Shown in pieces: positions 55,126 through 64,000 of a DNA stretch of 64,000 nt. A program made the position numbers and the translations under genes. The notes under the pieces are model-generated. The model had not been told where the DNA came from. It searched no databases and saw only the letters and a list, made by a program, of their open reading frames with translations. The DNA is taken from positions 4,960,001 to 5,024,000 of the forward strand of contig CBDBDQ010000005.1 in NCBI GenBank assembly GCA_965203905.1. Reading direction: 5' to 3'. Numbering within the stretch: the first letter of the stretch is position 1; each line of letters opens with the position of its first letter. The stretch comes from Spirochaetia bacterium. Lineage in GTDB: Bacteria; Spirochaetota; Spirochaetia; SZUA-6; Bin103.

Positions 55126-56091
55126 ATGCCTGGTCTCACCGAGAGTCAGATCGCTCAGTTCACCGATGAGGGGTATCTGGTGCTCGATGACGTGCTTGAC
55201 CCTCGACAGGATCTCGATCCGGTGGTCGAAGAATACTCGGTCATCATGGATCGGCTGGCAAGAGATCTGTTCGCTGCCGGCCGGATCTCCTCCACGTACT
55301 CGGAGCTGCCGTTTGCCGAACGGCTCACCAGGATCCAGTTCGAGACCGGCGACAGCTACCACCAGCATTTCGATATCGCGCTACCCAAACGGGGTGTTGC
55401 GGAACGGACGCCGATTTCCGTCGGTCCGGCGGTTTTCAGGCTGCTCCGCAACGATACGCTGCTCGACCTCGTCGAGTCGCTCATCGGACCCGAGATCTTC
55501 GCCAACCCCATTCAACATGTCCGGCTCAGGCAGCCGGTCGCCAGCGCGCCCGGCGCTCCGGTGGCTGAGAGCACCGAGGCTGCTCCCGACTGGTTTCATC
55601 AGGACAACGCATTCATGATGCCCGAGGCTGACGCTACCGAAATGGTCACCGTGTGGCTTCCCTTGGTGGACGCAAGTGTGGAGAACGGCTGCCTCGCGGT
55701 GGTTCCGTTCAGCCACCGTGACGGGCTCATGCTGCACTGTAGTCCCGGCGTGACGATCCCGGCACAACTCACCCGTGGCGGCGAAGCCGTGCCGGTGCCG
55801 TTGCGGCGGGGTGGTGTGCTGCTGATGCATCGCCTGATGCACCATGGCCCGCTGCCCAACCACAGTGACACGGTTCGCTGGAGTTTCGATCTGCGCTACA
55901 ACCCCGCCGGCCAGCCGAGCGGCCGCGAGGTGCAGCCGGGCTTCATTGCACGCAGCCGGGCGCGGCCGAAAACCGAGATCCGCGACCCCGAAGAGTGGGC
56001 GGCGCTCTGGCACCGGACCCGTGCCACCCTGGCCGGGCAGCCTGATCCCGTCTACGAACGCTGGTCCTCCGATGACCCAGGATGCGCTTGA
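55126..56091 (+). CDS. Phytanoyl-CoA dioxygenase (PhyH) family protein
   Basis: 'LTESQIAQF.DEGYL', 'FHQD', 'TVWLPL.DA..ENGCL...P.SH', 'H...PN.SD.VRWS.DLRY'; AAGGAG RBS. Confidence 0.88.
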   Translation: MPGLTESQIAQFTDEGYLVLDDVLDPRQDLDPVVEEYSVIMDRLARDLFAAGRISSTYSELPFAERLTRIQFETGDSYHQHFDIALPKRGVAERTPISVGPAVFRLLRNDTLLDLVESLIGPEIFANPIQHVRLRQPVASAPGAPVAESTEAAPDWFHQDNAFMMPEADATEMVTVWLPLVDASVENGCLAVVPFSHRDGLMLHCSPGVTIPAQLTRGGEAVPVPLRRGGVLLMHRLMHHGPLPNHSDTVRWSFDLRYNPAGQPSGREVQPGFIARSRARPKTEIRDPEEWAALWHRTRATLAGQPDPVYERWSSDDPGCA

Positions 56092-56126
56092 GCTAGCGCA
56101 CACCGGACGCCGCTATTCCATTATTA

Positions 56127-56477
56127 CTATCGAGCGGGATGCGGGCTCGGAGCCGGGGTGACTGCTTGTTTTTCGTCGCCAGGATCAGCGCCGATTGTTA
56201 TTCGCAGGTCCATTCCCAGTGCCCGGGTGATTCGCATGACGGTGGCAAACGACGGGTTGCCCTCCGTAGACAGAGCTTTATAAAGCCCTTGGCGGGTCAT
56301 GCCGACTTTACGGGCTAGGCTGCTCATGTTCCGCACTCGGGCGATGTCGCTGAGGGCGACGCGGATGAGGCTGCCGTCGCCCGGATCCTGCTCGGCGCAC
56401 GCTTCGAGATACAGGCGCGCCTCCTCTTCGTTACGGATGTACTCTGCCGCGTCCCATCGTCGGTACTCTCCACCCAT
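56127..56477 (-). CDS. Putative addiction module antidote protein (HI1420-like HTH)
   Basis: 'WDAAEY...E....YL', 'AL.DIAR..NMS.LAR..GM.RQGLYKALS.EGNPSFATV.....ALG'. Confidence 0.88.
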   Translation of the reverse strand: MGGEYRRWDAAEYIRNEEEARLYLEACAEQDPGDGSLIRVALSDIARVRNMSSLARKVGMTRQGLYKALSTEGNPSFATVMRITRALGMDLRITIGADPGDEKQAVTPAPSPHPAR

Positions 56478-56479
56478 GG

Positions 56480-56584
56480 TTACCTCCAGTCTTCTACCAG
56501 TCGCCTGGCGCGCCTGATGTCTCGTTGCTGGCTTCCCTTATCGCCGCCGCAGAGCAGCACAACCACAGCCGCCCCGTCCTCGAT
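56480..56584 (-). pseudogene. C-terminal stub of addiction module killer (RelE/ParE-like) toxin
   Basis: 'VVVLLCGGDKGSQQRDIRRARRLVEDWR*'; no N-terminal part or start codon. Confidence 0.75.
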
Positions 56585-56625
56585 GGGAGGCTGAGTGACT
56601 CGACTGATCGTATTACCACGCCGGG

Positions 56626-58359
56626 TCACAAGCACTCATCAAGCCAATCCAAAGACTTCGTGCCATTGTACTGATGGACGCCATGGAACAGGTCTACCTT
56701 CACTTTCTCGGGGCATTCGGCGATCTCGTACATCCCTCTGATATGGCGGTAGACGTCATTCTCAGCGATCCCCCGGTGATTCTTGACACCACGCTCCATG
56801 AGCAGATGTCGGGGAGCGATCAGCGAGCAGATCTCGTGGTTGTCCAGGTGCTCCAACAAGCCCGGTACGACGAGCGAGCCGCATTCGTATTGATGAAGCT
56901 GCGTGAATCGATAGTTGACGACGAAACAGGAAGCCACCGTCGCCTTGATCCGGGTATCCACGGCGGCGAAATACGGCGTGATCGAGCCGGCCAGCGAGAT
57001 GCCGGAGGTGCCGATCCGGTCCTTGTCGGCAGCCGAGTGTTCGATCAGGAAGTCCACGGAGCGCATGAGGTCGTACACCGTCATCGCCATAGTGTTGCGG
57101 CCAAAGGCGATAGCCCGTCTTGCCGTGAAATCGCACATGTGCTGGCCGAGATGAACATCCTGCTCCTGGACCCGAAACGAATCGCGCAGCAATGACGTAC
57201 TGAACTCGACCGGGTCGCTGCGCCGGTGATACCACCTGCTCTCAACGCTGAGCACTAGGTACCCGCGCCGCACACAGTCGAGAATGTACTCGCCGTGCGA
57301 GCCATCGATGCCCCCGTGCCCGCCGACGTATACGACCGCGGCCCCGCCCTTGAGCGGATTCCTGGGAGTGAACAGGAACACCGGCATCCACAGGTCCGGT
57401 TCGACCTGCAGCTCCAGGAGCTCCCTGGTGTAGCTGCCTTCATCCACGGTCATGATCGACTGCGGATCCAGGTCGCATGGCTCCGGCAGTTTACCCAGGA
57501 TGTCGAGTAGCGCCTGGCGTGTCCGCTGCTGCCAACGCTGGAACTCCGCCGGCGTGGTGCCGTGGAACTCGCACAAGCGAGGTTGGCTGTAGATTCGATT
57601 GAAGTAGTTGTACGACGACGTCCGCGGGTAGTAGTTGCTGACGAAGTGCCTGACCTGATCTATCTCGTTCGGACGTTTCCCGATCACTATCTCCTGTTCG
57701 CGGGGGTCTTCCGGAGCAGCCGCGGAGAGGGCGACCTTGATGCTCGAAAGCTGCGCCATTTCCGGACTGGTCAGTCGCAGGCTGTGCCTGTCCTTGGCGG
57801 TATGCCCTTCCTGTGCCAAGCATATTTTCCACGCGAGCAGATTCGGCCCCGATTCGAGGCCCACGCGGAAGATGTTCTCGTCTACGCCGTACGAGACCTT
57901 TGGCGCTGCCTGCATCCTGTCTACGACAGGTTGCCCATTCATCGAGATTGTAAATGCATAGTAATGGTCCGTCTCCAGCAACACGTCCTGGTCACCCTCG
58001 ACCCAGAGATAGGTAGCCGCATGCACGAACCCGACCTCCCGAGAAACGTTGGCCACCGCCCGCACCTCGTCGCCAGGGGTGCCTGCCACCAGCATTCTGG
58101 GGCGCAGGGCGTAGTCGTTCTCGATACGGTGGTACTTCCATTTCTGTGGGGCTTGTTCAGGGGAGTCGGGAGCGTCGATGTCATCCCGACGCAGCGATGG
58201 CTCGTAGATGAGCCAGTCGACGATGAAGCCGGGAATGCCGGCGATCGTCTTCAACGGGTAGGGTGGGCGGGGGAGAACCCTGTCGGCGAGCGCCTTGACA
58301 TTGATGGTGCCGGTTTCAGATTTGTAAGTAACGAGTTCCTGATCCACTGAGATTTCCAA
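56626..58359 (-). CDS. Alpha/beta hydrolase (dienelactone hydrolase/acetyl esterase-like) with N-terminal accessory domain
   Basis: 'YVGGHG', 'DKDRIGTSGISLAG', 'SLIAPR.L', 'FHGVH'. Confidence 0.75.
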   Translation of the reverse strand: MEISVDQELVTYKSETGTINVKALADRVLPRPPYPLKTIAGIPGFIVDWLIYEPSLRRDDIDAPDSPEQAPQKWKYHRIENDYALRPRMLVAGTPGDEVRAVANVSREVGFVHAATYLWVEGDQDVLLETDHYYAFTISMNGQPVVDRMQAAPKVSYGVDENIFRVGLESGPNLLAWKICLAQEGHTAKDRHSLRLTSPEMAQLSSIKVALSAAAPEDPREQEIVIGKRPNEIDQVRHFVSNYYPRTSSYNYFNRIYSQPRLCEFHGTTPAEFQRWQQRTRQALLDILGKLPEPCDLDPQSIMTVDEGSYTRELLELQVEPDLWMPVFLFTPRNPLKGGAAVVYVGGHGGIDGSHGEYILDCVRRGYLVLSVESRWYHRRSDPVEFSTSLLRDSFRVQEQDVHLGQHMCDFTARRAIAFGRNTMAMTVYDLMRSVDFLIEHSAADKDRIGTSGISLAGSITPYFAAVDTRIKATVASCFVVNYRFTQLHQYECGSLVVPGLLEHLDNHEICSLIAPRHLLMERGVKNHRGIAENDVYRHIRGMYEIAECPEKVKVDLFHGVHQYNGTKSLDWLDECL

Positions 58360-58367
58360 GAAAGGCA

Positions 58368-58454
58368 GGCCGGGCTCGCGCTCAGCACGAACCCGGCCGA
58401 GGTGTTGATGGATGTGTCGGCAGTACGGACAAGTGGTACCCGTCCGCCTGCCGA
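58368..58454 (-). terminator. Two tandem hairpins after SBP gene
   Basis: GGCCGGG..CCCGGCC (58368-58398) and TCGGCAG..CTGCCGA (58417-58454). Confidence 0.5.
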
Positions 58455-58476
58455 GCTCTACCGTCCAGCCGGGCTG

Positions 58477-60057
58477 CTAGCTGTTGGCATCGTAGTACGC
58501 CTGGGCTTCGGCGAGAATCCTGTCGAGACCCGCGTTCAGCACCTCCTTGACGTAGCTGTCCCAGGTGGCATCGATGTCGACCGAGCCGGTTATCGCTTGC
58601 AGGCGATACTCCGTGATCTTCGAACTGACATCGGCGCCGTAGGTTACTTGTGACGGGAAGCTCAGGAAGTTGTGCAGCACTACGTCCTTGTACTTGTAGT
58701 CATTGTGGAGGTCGTGCAGTGCCAGAATGCCGTCTCCGTAGCGCAGCAGGTACTTCCACATGGGTTGGGCATGATACCAGAAGCTGCCGTATCCAATTCG
58801 TAGCTGTTCCTCTTTCGTGTTGTACGGCTCCTGCAACACCGCACGCCCGTCGATGACCTCGAAGTGGGTGCCCTCGAGCCCCCAGTAGATCAGCTTCGTG
58901 GCCTCTTCGTCGGCGACGTTGAGCTCCAGGTACTGCAGTATCTTGGCCGCCTTCTCGTCGGAGACGTGGGCGCCGACCCCGTAGCAATACCAGGTGCCGG
59001 CATAGCGCACGAATTCAGGCTCCTTGCCATCGTACCGGGTGATGGGCATGATGATTTCCATCTCCGCTCCCGGGATCGACGACAGCGTCAGGCCCCAGTC
59101 CCGGTCCGGACGATGCGGATACAGCCGGAAGTCGTTGCCGCCGGCCACGCCGATTGATCCGTTCGGCAGTACGCGCGTGAAGTTCTCGGTGTAGTGAGGC
59201 AGGACCTCGGGGTAGATGTATCCCTCCTCCCACAGCATCGCCAGGTACTTTATGTACTGCTTGTAGTCCTCGGTGATCTCCTGATAGGTCACCTTGCCGT
59301 CGGGTCCGACCGGAAAGCGTTCATCGTCGACGACAAACGCCTGCTTGACGGTCATGAACGTATAGTCGAAGGCCCCGCCGCCCATGGCGTTGAAGGCGAA
59401 CGCCCAGGTGTCGTTCTCGCCGTTGCCGTCCGGGTCCTCTTCCGTGAATCTGCGAAACACCTCGGTAAGCTCGTCGAGGGTGGTAGGCATCTCCAGGCCG
59501 ACGTTGTCGAGCCAGTCCTTTCTCAGCGCGGCCATCCTGGTCCACGTCTGAGTCGGAATGGGAGAGATGAACGCATAGACGCCATCGTCGTCGGTGATTC
59601 CCGGCACCTCCCGCCACATCCCGAATGAGTCTTCATCGAGGACTCTTACCAGATCCGGAGCATGCGTCGAGATGAAGTCGAAGGGTAGGTGCTTGTAGAT
59701 CCCTTGCTCGACCCAGGTACGGGTGTGTCCCAAGCCCATCGCAAGGTAGTCAGGAACCTCCCCGGCTGCAATCATCGCGGCGAAAGCCTCGGATGAGCCG
59801 CGCGCGGCCGGATCGGGTTGCACCCACGCCGACGTCAGCCGGATTCCGTAGCGCTTTTCAATCTCCTGCGCGACGATGCTGTCGGTGCTTGGGTAGTTCG
59901 GCTGGCCGCCGACCTGCACCGGGAAGTTCATCATAGTGATTTCTACGATGCCTTCGTCTGCCGCAGCCGTTCCTTCCTCCGCACCGGCCGCCAGCAGCGG
60001 CGTGCTCAGCAGCACGGACAACCCGCACGCTGCGATGAGTCGTTTTGTCATCCTCAC
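58477..60057 (-). CDS. Extracellular solute-binding protein (LplA/aldouronate-type)
   Basis: Signal peptide; 'RKDWLDNVGL..PTTLDEL..V...F.E.DPDGNG.NDT'; AGGAGG RBS. Confidence 0.9.
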   Translation of the reverse strand: MRMTKRLIAACGLSVLLSTPLLAAGAEEGTAAADEGIVEITMMNFPVQVGGQPNYPSTDSIVAQEIEKRYGIRLTSAWVQPDPAARGSSEAFAAMIAAGEVPDYLAMGLGHTRTWVEQGIYKHLPFDFISTHAPDLVRVLDEDSFGMWREVPGITDDDGVYAFISPIPTQTWTRMAALRKDWLDNVGLEMPTTLDELTEVFRRFTEEDPDGNGENDTWAFAFNAMGGGAFDYTFMTVKQAFVVDDERFPVGPDGKVTYQEITEDYKQYIKYLAMLWEEGYIYPEVLPHYTENFTRVLPNGSIGVAGGNDFRLYPHRPDRDWGLTLSSIPGAEMEIIMPITRYDGKEPEFVRYAGTWYCYGVGAHVSDEKAAKILQYLELNVADEEATKLIYWGLEGTHFEVIDGRAVLQEPYNTKEEQLRIGYGSFWYHAQPMWKYLLRYGDGILALHDLHNDYKYKDVVLHNFLSFPSQVTYGADVSSKITEYRLQAITGSVDIDATWDSYVKEVLNAGLDRILAEAQAYYDANS

Positions 60058-60131
60058 AACAAAACCTCCTGATGGATTTCCTGCCCTCCTACGAGGGCGC
60101 GGTCTCAAAACTCGCCAGACGACCCGTTCGT

Positions 60132-60998
60132 CTAGCCCTTGATCGATCCGGCAAAGACACCCTTGATGAAATACTTCTGCACCCAGGGATACACCAGCAC
60201 TATCGGTCCAATCGTCAGTATGATGTTCACCGCGATGATCGACTCCAGCAATACCGGCTCCTGGAAATCCAGGAGCAGCTCATCCACCGCCGACACTTGA
60301 TGCTGCAGAAGGATATTTCGCAGATACATCTGCAGCGTCACCAGGGCCGGCGTCGGAGTATAAATCATCGCGTCGAACCAGGCGTTCCAGTGCATTACGG
60401 CGATCCACAAGCCCAACGTGGCCACGATCGGCTTGCACACCGGCACTATGATCCTCGACAGAATGGTCAGGTACGTCGCGCCATCGATTTTCGCCGATTC
60501 CTCCAGCGAGTCGGGAACACCTCTGATGTAGTTTCGCACCAGAAATATGTAGAACGGAGAGAGCAGATTCACGAATATCAAGGCGATGATATTGTTGTAC
60601 ATGCCGAGACTTCGTACCAGCAGATACGTGGGAATCAATCCCCCTGAAAAAAACATGGTGAAGGTGAGCAGCATGGTCAGCGGCTTGTTCAGGGGCAACG
60701 TCTTGTGGGCGAGTGGATAAGCCGTCATGAAGGTCAGGGTTATCGACACGGTGACCCCGAGCACGGTACGAATAACCGTGTTTCGATAAGCGAGGAATAT
60801 GACGTCGTTCTCCAGCACGTGCAGGTAGTTGTCGAAGATGAACTTCTTGGGCCAGATCTTGAACCCGTACCGTCTCGCCTCGTGGTGTTCCATGAATGAC
60901 AGCACGAAGAGCTCCCAGAACGGATACAGCATGGTGAATGCAACGAACACCAGGAACAGGTAAAGCGTAACGTCGAATATCCCCAGCCTCCTGACCAT
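60132..60998 (-). CDS. Carbohydrate ABC permease (LplC-like)
   Basis: 'TMFFSGGLIPTYL', 'SLEESAKIDGA', 'VYPWVQKYFIKG...GSIKG'. Confidence 0.92.
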   Translation of the reverse strand: MVRRLGIFDVTLYLFLVFVAFTMLYPFWELFVLSFMEHHEARRYGFKIWPKKFIFDNYLHVLENDVIFLAYRNTVIRTVLGVTVSITLTFMTAYPLAHKTLPLNKPLTMLLTFTMFFSGGLIPTYLLVRSLGMYNNIIALIFVNLLSPFYIFLVRNYIRGVPDSLEESAKIDGATYLTILSRIIVPVCKPIVATLGLWIAVMHWNAWFDAMIYTPTPALVTLQMYLRNILLQHQVSAVDELLLDFQEPVLLESIIAVNIILTIGPIVLVYPWVQKYFIKGVFAGSIKG

Positions 60999-61005
60999 CG
61001 GGAGC

Positions 61006-61962
61006 CTACCAGAGGGCGCTGTCAGCGTCGATCCGCCGCGCCACCCAGTTGGTGGTAGCCAGCATGATGAAGGCGATGATGTTCATGAACAGGCCGATGG
61101 CGGTAGCATAGGCATAGTTGAACTCCACCAGCCCTACGCGATAGGTGTACGTGCTGACAATGTCGGCGACCCGATACACCGCGGGATTGTAGAGATTCAT
61201 GATCTGGTCGAATCCGACCGTGATGAGATCGCCGGTGCGCAGGACGTATATCATCAGCACCATCGGCAGGATGCCGGGCAGCGTGATGTGGCGGGCCTGA
61301 ACGCGTCGGTTCCCGCCATCAATTTCGCAGGCAGCGTAGAGGTCCGGATCGATGTTGGCGATCGCCGCCAGAATCACGATGCTGCCCCAGCCGCTTTCCC
61401 GCCATATCGAGGAGATGATGACGATCGGTCTGAAGAACTCGGGCTGGAGCAGAAAATTGATCGGTTTGTCGCCAAGCGCCACGATGAAGTAGTTGAAGAG
61501 GCCATTGACCGGTGACAGAAGGTTGCGCACGATGCCGGCGACGACCACCCAGGAGAGGAAGTAGGGGAGGTAGGTCACGGTCTGCATGCCCTTCTTGAAT
61601 CGCAGGATGCGGACCTCGTTCAACAGCAGGGCAAAGATAATGGGGCAGGGCATGAAGAAGATGAGTCTGAGAAACGCGAGGACGAACGTATTGCCAAGCA
61701 CCTGGTAGAACTTGGAGCTGCCCATGAGGCGCTCGAAATGCTCGATACCGACCCACGGACTGCCCACGATACCCTGCAGAACCATGTACCTCTTGAAGGC
61801 GAGAGTGATGCCGTATATGGGTACGTAACTGTAGGTGATGAACCAGGCGATCGGGATGGCGAGCATCGCGAGGAGTTCCCAGTGCTGTTTCACCGCGCGC
61901 CAGAATTCGAAGAGATTCGATCGGCGTAGCGCAGTGTCAGGAAACTCCGTTGTGGATCTCAT
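61006..61962 (-). CDS. ABC permease (LplB-like polysaccharide transport)
   Basis: 'YVPIYG..LAFK.Y', 'SPWVG', 'YLPYFLSWVV', 'IDPDLY.A..IDG'. Confidence 0.92.
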   Translation of the reverse strand: MRSTTEFPDTALRRSNLFEFWRAVKQHWELLAMLAIPIAWFITYSYVPIYGITLAFKRYMVLQGIVGSPWVGIEHFERLMGSSKFYQVLGNTFVLAFLRLIFFMPCPIIFALLLNEVRILRFKKGMQTVTYLPYFLSWVVVAGIVRNLLSPVNGLFNYFIVALGDKPINFLLQPEFFRPIVIISSIWRESGWGSIVILAAIANIDPDLYAACEIDGGNRRVQARHITLPGILPMVLMIYVLRTGDLITVGFDQIMNLYNPAVYRVADIVSTYTYRVGLVEFNYAYATAIGLFMNIIAFIMLATTNWVARRIDADSALW

Positions 61963-62156
61963 GCGGATCCGCCGGCTCCGCGCTTCCCGGTTGGACTCTC
62001 GAAAGTGATCGATCGCGATTCCGGGCCGGTGCCCAATAGATACGGATGTTTGACCGGGTTATACGTAAGCCGCCCCTAATTACTGCCCGAGTCGAAAGTA
62101 TGCCAACGTAGCTCCGATGCATCACTGCGTCAAGCACGTGCCGCGCCTGGCGCGCC

Positions 62157-62930
62157 TCAACAGGCGAGGAAGCCGCCGTCGGCCACCAGGGTGGAGCCGG
62201 TCAGGAACGAGCTCTGGTCCGAGGCCAGGAAGACTGCGGCATCGCCGATGTCGCGCGGTTGGCCGGCGCCGAGCGGGGTGCGGCGGGTGTACCGGTACGG
62301 ACTGTCCGCGCTGCTCATCAGGTCGATGATCGGCTGCACGGTATCGGTTCGGATGAAACCCGGGGCGATGCAGTTGACGTTGATGCCGAAGTGCGCGAGC
62401 TCCAGCGCCATCACCCTGGTGAGACCGATCAGTCCCGCCTTCGACGCACAGTACACGGCGGCGAACTCCTCGCCCGTGAGGCCCATGACCGAGGAGATGT
62501 GAATGATCCTTCCGGAGCGCCGCTCGATCATCGGCCGCGCCGCTTCCTGCGAGCACAGAAACGCGCCCTTGAGATTCACGGCCATGACCGAGTCCCAGAG
62601 CTCGTCGCCCAGCTCCATGAACGAGCTGAACTTGGCCATGCCGGAGATGCCCGCGTTGTTGACCAGGATGTCGAGGCCACCGCCCCACTCCAGGGCGGCG
62701 GCCACCAGTTCCTGCACGCGCCCGCGCTCGGTGACGTCGGTGGCCACGCCGAGGCAGGTTGCTCCCTGGGCGGTGAGCTCGGCGGCGGCCTGCTCCGCGC
62801 GCTCAGCGCGGCGTTGGGCAATCACGACTTTGGCGCCCTCCTCGGCCAGCCGTTGCGCAATGCCGTAGCCGATGCCCACGCCACCCCCGGTAACGATCGC
62901 GACCTTCCCCTGCAGGCTCTTGTTCGGCAT
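62157..62930 (-). CDS. SDR family oxidoreductase
   Basis: 'VTGGGVGIG', 'DILVNNAG', 'YCASK', 'NCIAPG'. Confidence 0.92.
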   Translation of the reverse strand: MPNKSLQGKVAIVTGGGVGIGYGIAQRLAEEGAKVVIAQRRAERAEQAAAELTAQGATCLGVATDVTERGRVQELVAAALEWGGGLDILVNNAGISGMAKFSSFMELGDELWDSVMAVNLKGAFLCSQEAARPMIERRSGRIIHISSVMGLTGEEFAAVYCASKAGLIGLTRVMALELAHFGINVNCIAPGFIRTDTVQPIIDLMSSADSPYRYTRRTPLGAGQPRDIGDAAVFLASDQSSFLTGSTLVADGGFLAC

Positions 62931-62941
62931 CTCTAACCTCT

Positions 62942-63742
62942 TTACCTCGCCAGGTAGCCGCCGTCCACCACGATGACGGCGCCGGTCACGTACGACGACT
63001 CGTCGGAGGCCAGCCACAACGCCGTCTGGGCGACGTCGTCCGCGGCGCCGACATGGCCGAGCGCGGTGCGGGTGTGCCAGAACTCCCGCACCGTGGGATC
63101 GGCGTAGGAGCCGGCGGTCATCGGGGTGTCGATCGACCCGGGACAGATCACGTTGGCGCGGATCTTGTGCGGTCCCCAGGTGCTCGCAACACTGTACGTG
63201 AGGGAGATGATGCCGCCCTTGCTTGCGGCGTACGCGTCGAAGATGTCCTTGCCGGCGCGCAGCGCGGACACCGACGAGACGTTGATGATGGAGCCGCCGC
63301 CGGTCGCGCACAGGTGCGGGATGGCGTACTTGCAGCCGAGAAACGTGCCCTTGAGGTTGACGTCGATGATGCGGTCCCACGTCGCTTCGTCCAGGTCGGG
63401 GGCGGGGCCATCGGCGGGCAGCCACACGCCGGCGTTGTTGTACAGCACGTCGAGCCGGCCGTAGGAATCCACCGCCAACTGGACGGCGTCCGCCACCTCC
63501 GCTGCCCGTGACACGTCTGCCACGGTGCCCACCGCCTCGCCGTCCGCGCTGCGGATGGCGTCCACCGTGGCGGCCACGGCAGGCTCCCGGTTGTCGCACA
63601 GCGCGACGCGCGCCCCCTCGCGCGCAAACAGCAGCGCGGCGCTGCGTCCCATGCCGCTGCCGGCGCCAGAGATGAGGACCGCCTTGCCGCCGAGGCGCCC
63701 ACCCCGCGCATCACGCCCACCGCGGCCGTGCTCAGGCGCCAT
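62942..63742 (-). CDS. SDR family oxidoreductase
   Basis: 'ISGAGSGMG', 'NNAG', 'YAASK', 'NVICPG', 'VDGG'. Confidence 0.92.
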   Translation of the reverse strand: MAPEHGRGGRDARGGRLGGKAVLISGAGSGMGRSAALLFAREGARVALCDNREPAVAATVDAIRSADGEAVGTVADVSRAAEVADAVQLAVDSYGRLDVLYNNAGVWLPADGPAPDLDEATWDRIIDVNLKGTFLGCKYAIPHLCATGGGSIINVSSVSALRAGKDIFDAYAASKGGIISLTYSVASTWGPHKIRANVICPGSIDTPMTAGSYADPTVREFWHTRTALGHVGAADDVAQTALWLASDESSYVTGAVIVVDGGYLAR

Positions 63743-64000
63743 CTCGCCCCCTTCGCTCACCGTCGCCTGGCAGCGATCTGCCGCGCACCGTGCCCGCCAG
63801 CCCCACGGCACCGTGGCCGTCCACGGTCACGCGCACGCCATAGCGCCGCTCGGCCGCGGCAAGCGAGACGAGCCCCTGCGCCACGTCGCGCACCACCAGC
63901 CGCGGGTCGCGTTCGCGCGGATCGCCGTAGCCGCCGCCACCGGCGCTGTCGATGCGGATCTCGTCGCCGTGGGCAAGCGCCACGTTGGCGAACTTGGACG
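63732..64000 (-). CDS. Hydantoinase B/oxoprolinase family, C-terminal part (runs off window end)
   Basis: 'GGGGYGDPRERDP..V..DV..G.VS...A...YGV'. Confidence 0.8.
   Translation of the reverse strand, partial: SKFANVALAHGDEIRIDSAGGGGYGDPRERDPRLVVRDVAQGLVSLAAAERRYGVRVTVDGHGAVGLAGTVRGRSLPGDGERRGRDGA

Noticed and set aside
9325-63811. Long N-terminal extensions in the ORF track (e.g. 11523, 13979, 23193, 28111, 49685, 55006, 63599)
   Set aside because: They overlap neighbouring genes or intergenic DNA; starts were moved to codons supported by RBS, coupling or homology
1-64000. CRISPR array, cas genes, rRNA, tRNA, reverse transcriptase/retron
   Set aside because: No run of identical 23-47 bp repeats with unique spacers, no cloverleaf or rRNA-like tracts, and no RT or Cas motifs recognised. 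The HNH-internal palindromes are short, degenerate and in frame.

Overview
GC-rich bacterial DNA, mostly catabolic and accessory, with no rRNA, tRNA or CRISPR array visible. Transport: five ABC importer cassettes (three Dpp/Opp-type, two carbohydrate CUT1-type) plus a lone family-5 binding protein and an MFS carrier. No ABC ATPase gene is present. Enzymes: a rearranged sarcosine-oxidase-like cluster, two CocE/NonD hydrolases behind a PhnZ-like HD oxygenase, a metallophosphoesterase-PHP fusion, a MetE-like/nucleotidyltransferase pair, an Asp-box sialidase-like protein, two PhyH-type dioxygenases, SDRs and alpha/beta hydrolases. Two paralogous ~1100-aa proteins of unknown family are also present; one sits inside an importer operon. 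Mobile and conflict DNA: (i) an IS110 element whose left non-coding end contains matches to its own predicted circle junction and to its insertion site (candidate bridge RNA); (ii) a complete ISKra4-type element with 23-bp TIRs, a 9-bp TSD and a DUF4338 passenger gene; (iii) one intact and one decayed HNH gene with palindromic in-frame repeats; (iv) two Rpn/PD-(D/E)XK-like genes with variable coiled-coil tails; (v) two toxin-antitoxin pairs whose toxins survive only as C-terminal stubs. A deletion-riddled duplicate of the 23.1-29.4 kb block lies at 14.6-16.1 kb. Product calls come from motif recognition by eye; no database search was run.
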